From: Negaprion brevirostris
Taxonomy: Eukaryota
Assembly (NCBI GenBank): GCA_030324005.1
Contig: JARDVH010000073.1
Coordinates: forward strand, 42,176,841 to 42,240,840
Reading direction: 5' to 3'
Length of the DNA: 64,000 nucleotides
The notes under the pieces were generated by a model. The model saw only the letters and a list, made by a program, of their open reading frames with translations. It was not told the origin of the DNA and did not search any database. This document shows, one piece after another, positions 25,775 through 38,041 of the stretch. The position numbers were made by a program, and so were the translations under genes. How positions within the stretch are numbered: position 1 is the first letter of the stretch; each line of letters starts with the position of its first letter.

Positions 25775-27610
25775 GGCTGGGATTCTCCCAAAAAATTTGA
25801 AGTTCCCCATGTACGGGAAAATGGGAGTAAATCGCACTGGTTTTTTTTGGCATGAGTTCCAGAAGGAATCTCTGACACTTCGTGCAGCACAGAGTGCCTC
25901 ACTGTGACTCACTCTGAAAATCTGTGGGCACAGCTGATTCCAGCCCGAGAGCCGACAGCATCGTGCTGAGTGGGCCACTGCGCACGCACCGATCTATCAG
26001 AACGGAGATCGGCACGTGTGCAATGCCACCCCCTTCCCCTACCAGCCTAATTGTTGACCAGCTCCACAATTCCCCATTGCTGGCTTTCCAACATCCCAAC
26101 CCCTGATCGCTGGCTTCCCAGATCTCTCTGGGCCAGCACCAATTTCCCTGACTGTGCGCACCCCCCTAAACTCCCGATCCACTCCTTCCGCCGGTCCTGA
26201 GCACCCCCAACTTCCCCAACAGTCCCAATTCCAGGCCCCCCCACCGCCCGCCACCAGACGGCCAGCCTTGATCACCTCCTCCTTCCCTCTCTTAGTCATT
26301 CCAATACAGATTGGCAGTGGACCATCCCCCCCACCCGTCAACTGATCACCCCTCCAATTGCCCCACCCCCAATAGACTCCCCTGGCACTGCCTGATGCCC
26401 AGTGTGCAATGTCAATGTGCCTCTTGTGCATTATGTGGAGATGCCAGCATTGGACTGGGGTTAACACAGTAAGAAGTCTCACAACACCAGGTTAGAGTCC
26501 TGTTGGACTTTAACCTACTGTTGTGAGACTTCTTACTGCACTCATTGGACAGGCTTCAGCACCTTCCTGNNNNNNNNNNNNNNNNNNNNNNNNNNNNNNN
26601 NNNNNNNNNNNNNNNNNNNNNNNNNNNNNNNNNNNNNNNNNNNNNNNNNNNNNNNNNNNNNNNNNNNNNACACAATGCTGCCACAGCAACCTCTGCAAGA
26701 CGTGCGGATCATCGACACGGATGCCATCATCTCACGTGAGAACACCATCCACCAGGTACACAGTACACACTCTTGCAACTCGGGCTAAGTTGTCTACCTG
26801 ATACGCTGCAGGAAAGGATGTCCCGAGGCATGATACATTGGGGAGACCGTACAGACACTATGACAACGGATGAATGAACACTGCTCAACAATCACCAGGC
26901 AAGACTGTTCTCTCCCCATTGAGGAACACTTCAGCGGTCACGGGCATTCGACCTCTGACCTTCGGGTAAGTGCTCTCCAAGGCGGCCTTCACAACACACG
27001 CAGAGTCGCATAGTAGAGACTGGTAGCCAAGTCCTGCACACGAGGACGGCCTCAACCGGGATCTTGGGTTCATGTCACACTATCTGTAATCCCTACAACT
27101 TGCCTGGACTTGCAAAATCTCACTAACTTTCCTGTCTGGAAACAATACACATCTTTTTTACCTGTGCTTAATGCTCTCTCCACTCACATTGTCTGTACCT
27201 TTAAGACTTGATTAACTGTAAAGACTCACATTCCAATCATTAGTCTGTAAATTGAGTTTGTGTCTTTATATGCCCCATTTGTGAATAGAATTCCCATTCA
27301 CCTGCCGAAGGAGCAGTGCTCTGAAAGATAGTGGCATTTGTTACCAAATAAGCCTGTTGGACTTTAACCTAGTATGGTGAGACTTCTTCCTCTTGTGCAT
27401 TGCCAGGGTCCCAAACTGGCACCGCCCAAGGGGCAACTCCACCCTTACTCCTGACCTCCTGGAGGGGATGGGGCCTCAATGGCCTCTTTTCCCTTCAGTG
27501 GTGTTGGCTGCTTTTTTTCCCCCATTAGTGGGGAACAGTTGTAAACCCCACTGGAGTAAACCACTCCCAGGGGGAGGGGGGAACCAGGCAACCATTAGGA
27601 GAATTTATCT
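25775..27610. mobile_element. GC-rich MITE-like element hosting the PLE insertion
   Basis: Starts ggctgggattctccc, ends ggagaatttatc (inverted); sequence is continuous across the PLE duplication (gtgcctcttgtgcatt...gccaggg). Confidence 0.6.
26433..27389 (+). mobile_element. Penelope-like retroelement (Neptune-like), decayed: inverted pLTR, gap, Cys-rich linker + GIY-YIG endonuclease, 3' pLTR
   Basis: 26670-27089 encodes CCHSNLCKTC...VVYLIRCRKGCPEA*YIGETVQTL*QRMNEH...EHFSGHGH...HEDGLNRDLGFMSHYL* (VVY/YIG motifs, two internal TGA, frameshifts). Direct repeat ctcttgtgcatt at 26421-26432 and 27390-27401. Decayed hammerhead motif at ~27297-27334. Confidence 0.88.
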
Positions 27611-28879
27611 AAAGGCACTGTGACCAATTTTTGGTAACTCAGACCAGGTCATTGATGGAACTGGATTTTGCTGGTCAGAATGTGTTAGTTGTAAATGAGA
27701 GTGCATTTACCAACTGAACTGTTGGAAAGCTTCATAGCACAACTTAATCCCTGGAAAATACAAACAAGTTATCTGACCATAATCTCCCTATTATCACAGG
27801 ATACAAGAAAACAGCATGATATTTAATTGTCCACCCAAAATTCACTATTCCTTTGGATATACAAAATACATTGTGATCTGNNNNNNNNNNNNNNNNNNNN
27901 NNNNNNNNNNNNNNNNNNNNNNNNNNNNNNNNNNNNNNNNNNNNNNNNNNNNNNNNNNNNNNNNNNNNNNNNNNNNNNNNNNNNNNNNNNNCTGGCCGTT
28001 CATACCCCACTATTGCTGCCAGTGAGAAGGGAGAATTTGACGCTTAGCCAAAACTCCATTCACAGTAGCAGGGTGGGAGAATCCAGCCCAACTGTCAACT
28101 CCCTGTCTGCTTCATGCTTGCAGGCTACTGTTGTTTGATATAATAGCATTCAGGAGAAAATAAATTATTTCAGTTGGATTCCCAATTTATGAAACAGCAA
28201 CAAAGTGAAGGGTCTGTGTTTAAGGCTCAGCACTGATACAAAACCTTAGATGATGTTACTAATTTTGGACGGAAATACAGTCAGAGTAGCAGAAAATAAA
28301 GCTGAAAAAAAAACTCCACAAAAATGTCAATTAGACAGAAGCCACTTTAGAAGGTTTTCTACACAGTTTGGACTATTGTCTCCACACAGACTTATTCGCA
28401 GCGTTTTCTGCTGATTACTTTGAAGGCTGATAGTCTGGAGCAATCTGCCATTTTAGCTTTTTTTTCCCCAAACAGCCAATTTCTGGGGGAAAGGGCAGTT
28501 TTGTTAACTGTTGGAAAACATAAAGCGGGAACATTCTTAAAGTGGCCCCAGTGGAGAAACAAAATGCAATAGTACAAGCTGTACTCTTGTTCAAAATAGG
28601 TAGAGACAAACAGTTCAAAACATTTGGCAATGAAAGGGCACGTTTGTTCAATGGATAAAAACTTGGGAGATCTTGCCAATTGGCAATTTTTTCTTCTCGA
28701 TGTCAGAGTCTTTTTAGTTGCAAATTTATATTCAGCATATTTCACACTGGAGCTTTACAAAGAATACAAATAAAAATGTGCAATGGATCCATCAGCAGCT
28801 TAAAGTGGAAATTTGATTAATAGCTTTGGCTTGGAAACTGCTTATAACCATTGTGCCAAGTGAAAGATTGACCTAATGG

Positions 28880-29187
28880 AGTTCTGGAACTCCTGTCCGA
28901 GTCAGAACATTGTTGAGTCAAATCCCATTCCAGAAACTGAGGACATAACCTAGGATGGCATTTCAATACAGAGGGGGTGGACCAATGTTTGAGATGCTGT
29001 CCTGTAGATGATACAATAAACAAAGTCCATCTTATTATTCCATGTTGACAAAAAAGATCCTGCACATCTTGTTAAGGAAGAGGAGGAGAGCTCTATCAAT
29101 GATTTGCCCATTTGACCATCAATCAATACTTTGAAAAACTGATTCAATGATAATTTATACCATTGCTGTTTGTGGGACTCTGCTGTT
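28880..29187 (+). mobile_element. Decayed Deu-domain SINE (SacSINE1/AmnSINE1-like)
   Basis: gagtcagaacattgttgagtcaaatcccattccaga...aaaagatcc...gaagaggaggagag...cattgctgtttgtgggactctgctgt resembles the recalled SacSINE1 consensus order of motifs. Confidence 0.55.
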
Positions 29188-29259
29188 AGATTTCAAAATG
29201 AATCATGAATCAGATTAAGGCACTGTATTTGTTTGATTGGAATATTTACCTGATAGCTA

Positions 29260-31330
29260 TTATAACAAAATTGAGGTCATTGCAATGCTTAAAAGGGATA
29301 AACCTGAAGCAGCTACTGTGATTCTGGATGTGAGCAAGGCTGACTTCAATGCAATGAGACAGAGATTGCCCACAGTAAACTGAGAAAATCTGTTAATGGA
29401 TAAAAGGCAGAAGATCAGAGGAAGGTGTTCAAAACTGAATTTAATGTGATGCAGAACTAATTTATACCCAAGGGACAAGATTGCTGCTTGCCAAAGAAAA
29501 TCACTGTGGCCAACTAAAGAGGTAGAGACAACATTAAAATTAAAATGAAAAAGTGTACAAAAATCCATTAAAAGGAACAATAAACAAATAAAATCTGGAG
29601 AATGAGAAAAATACAAAGAGCAGCAAAAGGATGACAAAAAAGACCAGAGAATGAAGAAGAATGAAAATTTGACTTAAGTTAAACAAAACCAACACAAATT
29701 CTTTTTACAATTATACTAATAAGAATGTGATCAGAAGCAATGTGGGCCCCTTAAAAACTCTTCAGTGATATTGCCAATAAAAAGGAGGAAACAGCAGACA
29801 TGAATGGTATTTAGAGAAGAGGGAGAGGTCAACAGGTCTCAAGGAAATTGTTACTGAATTGGGATAGGGACTCACCAATACTAACGTAAGCAAAATAACA
29901 ATAATGTTCCAAACAACGGTAATAATGACAAACATCCCTAGGAGCAGATGGTACCCACCCCAGTGTCTTAAACAAAAGTAGGTGACAACATGCTATCTAC
30001 AGTCTTCCACAGTTCTTTCAATTTGAGACAAATTCCTTTCGACTGGACTAGCTAGGCTAACTTCTGTTGGTAATGATCAGAATTGACAATTAAGAATAAA
30101 GTAACTGAGCATCTAGAGTGTTTCAGCTGATCAGGGAGAGTTACCATGGATGTTAAAGGGGTAGGTCAACCCTGATGAGCCTGATTGAATTTTTGAAGAG
30201 ATGACTAAAGTAGTGGGCACAGGAATACCTATGGGTGTTACTTATGGGACTTCCAAAAGGTATGTTTCTCAGAACAGAAGGTAGGTCAAAGGTGAAGTCC
30301 GTGGAACCGAAGGCAGCTTATTGCTGTGGTTAGAAAATCAGCTGATTGGCAGAAGACAGAGTAGTCTGCCAATGGACTGATACTCTAATTAGCAAGATTT
30401 GACTAGTGATGTCTCATAAGGATGTGTGCTGGGATATCAACTATTCACTCTATTCATTAACAATTCACATAAGAGAACAGAAAGTCACAAATCCGAGTTT
30501 GCAGATGACACAAAGGTGGGGGAAATTATAAGCATTTATAATCAGGTCTAAATCATACAAAGCCTAATTAAATCACACCCTAGAGTACTGTGAACAGTTC
30601 TGGGCATCACATCTTAAGAAGGATACACTGGGCTTAGAGAGAATGTAGCACAGATTCACGAGATCAATAACTGACCTTTCTTGCTTAAAATTACAAGAAG
30701 AAATTACACACTTCTAGGCTGTTAATTCCTGGAATTTCATTGGTTAACTGGTGATTTAATCAGTTTTCAAGATAAAGGGATCAGATAAGGTGGATAGAAA
30801 ATAAAGTAAAAATTTATTTATTAGTCACAAGGCTTACATTAACACTGCAATGAAGTTACTGTGAAATTCCCCTAGTCGCCACAGTTCAGTGCCTGTTCAG
30901 GTCGATGCGCCTGACCAGCACATCTTTCAGAACGTGGGAGGAAACTGGAGCACCTGGAGGAAACCCACATAGACACGGGGAGAACGTACAAATCCCACAA
31001 AGTGACCCAAGCCGGGAATCGAACCTGTGAAGCAGCAGTGCTAACCACTGCGCTATCATGCCGTTCCTTTTGCTGAGTTATGTCAGTGGTCACGGTGCAA
31101 ATATTAGTGCCAAACTTTTGAAGAGTGTAACTGGGAAACACTTAGAATGCAAATGGCGGTAGTACTTTGGAACTCACCTCTGGAACTAGAGTAACTGATG
31201 CTAGGTTAATTGTTAATTTAGGAGATGATCTAAGGGATATGGAGCAAAGATGGGTATGTGGGTATGATCTCAGTGAATGATGGAACAGGTTCAAGGGGCC
31301 AAATGGCCTGCTCAGGTGCCTATGCTCAAC
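29260..31330 (+). mobile_element. Old CR1-type LINE ORF2, interrupted by a V-SINE at ~30800-31063
   Basis: Remnants ctgattgaatttttgaaga, gagtttgcagatgacacaaag (FADDTK), tail gaatgatggaacaggttcaaggggccaaatggcct. Confidence 0.72.
30800..31063 (-). mobile_element. V-domain SINE variant
   Basis: Reverse complement: A-box ggcatgatagcgcagtggttagcactgctgc, ggttcgattcccggcttgggtcac, gttctccccgtgtctatgtgggtttcctccaggtgctccagtttcctcccac. Confidence 0.75.
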
Positions 31331-31499
31331 ATACAAAATTGCTTCTGTGCTTGCTGCAAAACAATTGTGACTGTACTTCAGAAACTGCAAAATGCTTGGG
31401 CACATCTTTGGGATGGGAAAAAAGTATATAAATGCAAGGTCATTCTATTTTATTTCTCCTTTTTATGTTGTACGTTTGATCTCTGATTAAAGAGCAGAT

Positions 31500-32175
31500 G
31501 CTGGCAGAGTGGTAACGTCACTGGACTAGTAATCCAGGTAAATGCTCTGGGGACAGAGTTCAAATCTCACCATGGCAGCTGGTGGAATTTAAATTCAATT
31601 ATAAATTAGTTTCAGTAATGGCGACTATGACATCAATCATTGAATATTGTTAAAATACCCAACCTATAGCACATAGGGAAGGAAATGTGCTATCCTTACA
31701 TGGTCTGGCCTACATGTGACTCCAGAGCCACACAGCAATGTGGTTGACTCTTAACTATCCTAAGAAATGGCCTAGCAAGCCACTCAGTTGTTGGGCAGTT
31801 TGTTGAGCTGTTAGAATAGAATAGAATCCCTACAATACAGAAGGGGGCTGTTCAGCCCATCGAGTCTGTACTGACCACAATCCCACCCAGGCCCTATTCC
31901 CGTAACCCCCTGCTAACCCTCCCCTGACACTTAGGGTCAATTTAATATGGCCAATCAACCTAATGTGCACATCTTTGGACCGTGGGAGGAAACCGAAGCA
32001 CCCAGAGGTAACCCATGCAGACCCATGCAAACTCCATGCAGACAGTGACCCAAGCCAAGAACTGAACCCAAGTCCCTAGCGCTGTGAGGCAGCAGTGCTA
32101 ACTACTGTGCCACCATGCAATTTGTTGTTGAGCAACAAATGCTAACCTTGCCAGTGAAGCTCACATCTCATGGAC
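31500..32175 (+). mobile_element. tRNA-derived SINE family B (+) with a nested HE1-like SINE (-) at ~31815-32117
   Basis: Host: gtggtaacgtcactggactagtaatcca...gagttcaaatctcaccatggcag; insert: agaatagaatccctac...gctgtgaggcagcagtgctaactactgtgccacc; host resumes gcaacaaatgctaaccttgccagtg. Confidence 0.75.
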
Positions 32176-32361
32176 TGTTTTACATTCAAATCCAAAGGTG
32201 CTGTGACTTTGCAACTGTGTTACTTTGCAGTGGGCAACAAATTTGTTAATAATAGGAGCCAGAAAATTGAATGCTCCATTTTTCTACTGAGCTCCTGATT
32301 CGCTATTGGAATAATGAGATGTGTTTCTCTGCTGAAACCGCTGTATCAGTTTAGTGTGCTT

Positions 32362-32722
32362 TTTTTTCATTAATTTGTGGGTCATGGGCGTCACTGGCTG
32401 GCCAGTATTATTGCCCATCCCTTGCTGCCCTTGCAGGGCAGTTGAGAGTCAACCACATTGCTGTGGTTTTGGAGTCACATGTAGGCCAGACCAGCTAAAG
32501 ACAGCAGATTTTGTTCCCTAAAAGACATTAGTGAATCAGATGGGTTTTTGCAACAATTGACAATGGTTTCATGATCATCAATAGATTTTTAATTCCAGTT
32601 TCTTATAGTGAATTCAAATTCCATTATCTGCCACAGTGGGATTCGAATCTGGGTGCCCAGAACATTAGCTGAGTTGCTGGCTTAATAATCTGGCAATAAT
32701 ATCATTAGGCCATCACCTTCCT
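32362..32722 (-). mobile_element. tRNA-derived SINE family B
   Basis: Collinear with 5550-5926. Confidence 0.78.
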
Positions 32723-33050
32723 CCTGCTTAAAAAAGTGGCCTCATAACATAATCACAGCAGTGCACAAACCCATTTCAGCATTAATTTCTGAGGAAAACA
32801 AAGTGATATTTCCAAGCTTATTTGCTGACATGGACTTCAAAAGGGAGAGAATGCAGATCAAATCCAGGCAACAGTGTGGATGTGAAAGAACGGTGCAAAG
32901 TCTTTATTTTCTCAGTATGGATAAAAAGAAACAAAGCTTTCTCTTTATCCAAATAAATGCTTTGGACTGCATAGATAAATAAATCACTACCTTAATATTG
33001 GGCCATTTACCAGCAAGCCACTTTGATTAAATTGGAAGAATTCTTCTTAC

Positions 33051-33182
33051 TTTCTGTCAAATTCCTTGTACGCATTCTGTAGCCAACTCAAAGATGGTTT
33101 GTTGCTGCTCCTGAGCCCAAAGTGAAAGTAAACAAGAATGTAATCGCTCTCAACATATTGGTCCAGCGTATATTTCAGGTAT
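33051..33182 (-). CDS. ARHGAP8: ARHGAP8 exon (132 nt): [44 protein letters not shown]
   Basis: Acceptor ccccatcctatccag|, donor AGAAA|gtaaga, phase 2-2; BCH/Sec14 core. Confidence 0.95.
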
Positions 33183-34648
33183 CTGGATAGGATGGGGAAA
33201 GCAAATTATTTCACTGTCAATGAAATGTCATTGTTACTGTTGCTAACATTTAAAATTTAAGCCACTCTATAACTCCCACTTGCCAGAGACCGATTTTGAT
33301 TAGAGATGAGAATACACATGTTAAAGATACATTTACAAGGCACTGAATGGCAACTTTCTAAAGGTCAGTCTAAAATAAAAGCAAATTTACCAGAACTGAC
33401 AAAGGTTTAACCAAAGGTGAACAATTGAGAATATGTAAGTAACTTAAGAGCAAAATCTAAATAGGTTGCCTTTTTTATTCTCTATTCCACTTTTTGTTAG
33501 GGTTTTGTTAGTGCATGCCATTCCAATATCTTCCTTCTTGCTCCTGACTGTGGTGACTGTATATAACTGTAGATGTTAAAAAGCTGCAGTGGAAAACATA
33601 GCAGGTGCCAGGACCTTTAATGTGAAAACAAATTCTGTCAAATGTAGCTTACTTTTTGCAACACTAAACATGGCCGAGCCAGAGCAGCTTTTCTCACAAG
33701 TGAGTTCAGGTAACCAATTTCAATTCAATTTAATAAAATTGTGCAAGTAAATAAGAACAATCTATTGCTGTAAGGTAGAAATTAAGATTAACTCATGATA
33801 GAGAACGGACTCATTCCTCAGGCAGAATTAGCGGTGCATATTTTAATAAAATATTTTCCCAGTGTGTTTAATAAATTTTTTTTTGAATCATTTAACAGAG
33901 GCTGCCAATTCAACAATGGGATGGGAATTTACTTCTGTTGTCAGAAAGTTACTGATTTCTGCTGGCTTCCTAGAGGGTTGGACAAGAGGAAAAGGACAAC
34001 CAGTATGAATCAGTATGGACTGAGTGTACGACATTAGAAAGACCATGCCAGCAGACCCGTTTGTCCTGCCTGCCTTAGCTGGGAACAAGTATAATGTCGG
34101 GCGAATGTACAAACTACCAACTAAAATGAGAATCAAAGATTGATTTATCAGAATACCAACATCCCATATGTTACATACCACAAGGTGGCACTATCAGATC
34201 AATTTTTAATCCTAATGAACAGTGAAAAATTGCAGTCAAGTTCAGAAAATTCCAACAAATCAAGTCACCCACAGATGCAACAGATGTATAATTCTGACTT
34301 ATCAGTGCAGCCAATGTCTTGAGAGGGGTTTACCTGGATTGGGGTGTTCTCAAGCAACTAAATTATTTAAAATAAATGCCACACAACTTTATTTTAATAA
34401 AATTCTATTTCCCTTATGTGACAAATTATGGAAATTAATCTTTTGAAGTACAAAAATATATTTAATCTTCCCATTAAATTAGTTTTGGCAAGTTAAAAGA
34501 CTTTGCTTCAATGCAGAACAAATTCCTTGAACAATAGAGAAAGGAAGTTGCTCAACTGTATCACATTTACCAAGAAGGCGGAAATGCCAACCTGACTCCT
34601 GGGAGCACGAATGAAAGATTTTGTTATAGAAAATTATTTGGAACTTAC

Positions 34649-34742
34649 TCCAGCAACTTCCGATGGTTAAGCTGATGGGAAGGAGGCATTCGGCAACAGC
34701 TAAAAATAACCAGTTTCCNNNNNNNNNNATAATTGTCATCAC
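34649..34742 (-). CDS. ARHGAP8: ARHGAP8 exon: GDDNY[gap]KLVIFSCCRMPPSHQLNHRKLLE (BCH domain); contains a 10-N gap at 34719-34728
   Basis: Acceptor tttctttccaattag|, donor CTGGA|gtaagt; FSCCRMPPSH motif of ARHGAP8. Confidence 0.9.
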
Positions 34743-34911
34743 CTAATTGGAAAGAAATCAGATAAAGCTCAATTTTCTACATTAAAATGCTAGAAAAAAG
34801 AATATGCACACCCAGGGGAAACAATGATGGGGGTTTTTCAGCTGATATATTTTGTGTGTCAGCAGAATACTGCCAATTACAATTCCTGTGCTGTACTGGA
34901 AAGAGTCTTGC

Positions 34912-35725
34912 TTTGATTTATTATTGTCACATGTATTAGTATACAGTGAAAGGCTTTGTCTTGCATGTTATACGGACAAAGCATACTGTACATAGAGAAG
35001 GGAAGGAGAGGATGCAGAATGTAGTGTTATAGTCATGGCCAGGGTGTAGAGAAAGATCAACTTAATATGACGTATGTCCATTCAAAAGTCTGATGGCAGC
35101 AGGGAAGAAGCTGTCCTCGAGTTGGTTGATACACGACTTCAGACTTTTGTATCTTTTTCACAATGGAAGAAAGTATAAGAGAGTATATCTGGAGTGTGTG
35201 GGGTCCTTGATTATGCTGGCTGCTTTTCCGAGGCAGTGGGAAGTGTAGACAAAGTCAATGGATGGGACGCTGGTTTGCATGATGGACTAGGTTTTGTAGT
35301 TTTTTGCAGTCTTGGTCAGAGCAGGAGCCATACCCAGCTGTGATACAATCAGAAAGAATGCTTTCTATGGTGCATCTGTAAAAGTTAGTCAGAATCATAA
35401 CGGCATGCCAAATTTCCTTCACCCCCTGAGAAGACAGAAGCATCAGTGGGCTTTCTTAACTATAGCATTGGTGTGGAGAAACCAGGCAGGTTGGTGGTGA
35501 CCTGGACATCTAAAAACTTGAAGCTCTTGACCATTTCCACTTCATCCCCATTAATGTAGACAGGGGCACGTCCTCCACTACACTTCCTGAAGTCGATGAC
35601 TATCTCTTTCATTTTGCTAACAGTGAGGGAGAGGTTATTTTCGCACCAGTTCATCAGGTTTTCTCTTTTCTCTGCTCCGTCTCATCATTGTTTGTGAGCC
35701 AACCTGCTACAGTGGCATCATCAGT
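34912..35725 (-). mobile_element. Rex1/Babar-type LINE 3' fragment
   Basis: WCENNLSLTVSKMKEIVIDFRK...INGDEVEMVKSFKFL; LTNFYRCTIESILSDCITAGYGSCS; tail tacatgtgacaataataaatc. Confidence 0.8.
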
Positions 35726-36459
35726 ATACTTGCTCAGGATAGTAACACTTTGCACCTTGTTCAGGTTAGAGCACCAATTGATGAGTGATTTGGTGTAAAT
35801 TTATGTACCTCGCACATATAAAATTTAGCCGTTGTCCAATATTGCAGTTTTATTTACAAAGTGATAATTATGGATTGTATATTCATATTAATTGATCATG
35901 CAAGTTCTTCTTTGTTGGTAGTAAGGAGTAGAGGTTTTAAATAACTCCTGCTGTGAGATAACTGTACTGTAGTGCTAAAACACATTTATATAATGGTGAC
36001 TATTGGGTTACAAAAAGCACATACATGTGTCAACTTGGAATAAAGTGAAGAACTGTCATTGCAAACAATCCACGTCATCCTGCTCAAATCCACGGCTAAA
36101 TAAATACACTGGAACACTAAAATGCTAAACAACCCAATTCCTCTGTGTCCCTGATTATTACATTCCATTTGCAGAATTAAGAAATAAATGACTTGGTAAT
36201 AAAAGTGACGGGGTATAACTTCCTAATTTCAGTGCTGTCAATCTTAAATGGAATAAATCAAAGGCGTACAGGCACCATCTAATGAAATGCCAGCACTTAA
36301 GTCTACTGATGAAACCAAACATTCCCAGAGCTTCAATGATGAGTACAAAAACTCCATTTCCAGTGCGCAGAACTACCGGGACGATTGATGACATGATGAA
36401 ATGCTCTCTAAAGTCTTCGACAGTCTCTGGGGATTCCAAAAAAAAGAGAAAATATTTGT

Positions 36460-37290
36460 CATCGTCAGCTGTCCGCAATTTGGGATTTTGCGTGATTACT
36501 CAGGGTTATGTGTTTCTAAGATGGGTCATCATGTGACTGACTGATGGGTCCATGGGTCAGGATGTTCAATATGGTCGGAGAATCTGGAGTGCAGGATTTA
36601 CTTCCAGCTCTTTCCCACTCTACTGCCACAATAAGGTGTTTGGATTCAAAAGCATGATGCAGCTTGATTGACAAGTTGTCGTTATTTTGAACAACTGATA
36701 GCAAGCTCCTCCCAATCATTAATGTTACGCTCAAGGAAAGCTTCAGAGTGACTCTGAAACGCTGTCCTTGTCCTCCCCTCGAACACTGGTCATTGGAGAA
36801 CTGCAAAAATGGGGCCAAGTGGGGGAAGACATTTTTTGGCCACCTGGGCACACAAGTGTCCAGTTCATCGCAGTTGATTTTGCCCGAATGCTTGTGGAGC
36901 TAGTTTCAAGATGGACCCTAATGTTGTTCAATGGTCCTCCTACTGAATCCAGAGGATACAGCAGAGGGATTGCTGACGGAGTTTCTCTGACGCTTTTGTG
37001 TCACTGGTGCACTGTCCAGGTTTCAGTGCAGTGCAGGAGCAGAAAAACTGCTTTGTATGCAGGAACTTTTGTTAACTTGCAGATCATTTTGCTAACAAAC
37101 ACTCACTGTCATCAAAGGTTGAGCTGGTCAGCTGATCTGGATCTCCTTGTCAGTGGTGGCCTTTTGGGCTGCCAAGATATGGGAAGTAGTCAACACATTC
37201 CAGAGTCTTTCCTTCAACATTTATGGCAGGCGTAACATTTGACTGACCAGGAATGGCTTGATGCACAAGTTTTGGGAAATGCTACAGAAC
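36460..37290 (-). mobile_element. RTE-clade (BovB-like) LINE 3' fragment, heavily decayed
   Basis: Frameshifted remnants INVEGKTLECVDYFPYLGS, LLHCTETWT, SRGGQGQRFRVTLKLSL, NDWEELAI. Confidence 0.72.
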
Positions 37291-37756
37291 CAGTTTTTGA
37301 ATGATTATAAAAGTTATCCCCCTTGAAAGATGAGTTTATGGTATTAACTGTGCAGCACAGTGTGCGCATTTGGAGGATGTGGAATACTCTTACACTATGT
37401 GTGGACAGCAGCATACAAAATATTGAATTTAAACTATAATTATTGAGCATGGAGATCTGAAAGTAGATGTGCAGCTAGTTAGTTAAGCACACCATTCATT
37501 TTGACAGGTGGTAATTCTGTGTTAGTGATTTAGTTTAACAATACATAAACACTAAAAATTACAAAATGTTTTGGATGGTTCCTCTGATCTGTGGACTCAT
37601 GGCACAGTTCACAGTAAATGGCACGTGTGGCCTACCTTCCCTTAGACAGATTGTAGTCATACTGGGGTACTTGTACTACTTAGTACTACATCCAAACAGG
37701 TTACAGAGTACGTAGCTCCTGATATAACATGTTGCAACCTCTTTTCCTCTCGCCTT

Positions 37757-38041
37757 CATAGAATCATTGAATCCATACAGTGCAGAAGAAGTCATTCAGT
37801 CCATTGAGACTACACTGATTCTTTGACAAAGCATCATACCCAGGCCCTATTCCCCCTAACCCCACACATTTGCAATGGCTAATTCACCTAACCTGCACGA
37901 GGAAAACAGAGCACCTGGAGGAAATCCACGCAGACATGGGAAGAACATGTAAACTCCACACAGACATCATCCAAGGCAGGAATTGGACCTGGGTCTCTGG
38001 AACTGTGAGGCAGCAGTGCTGATCACTGTGTCACCGTGCCA
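37757..38041 (-). mobile_element. HE1-like V-domain SINE
   Basis: Reverse complement of the 1805-2080/55252-55531 family. Confidence 0.78.

Noticed and set aside
36158-37235. ORFs of 84-155 aa suggesting a nested gene
   Set aside because: Most overlap the decayed RTE LINE in shifted or opposite frames; the 106-aa ORF has no recognisable homology or supporting splice structure.
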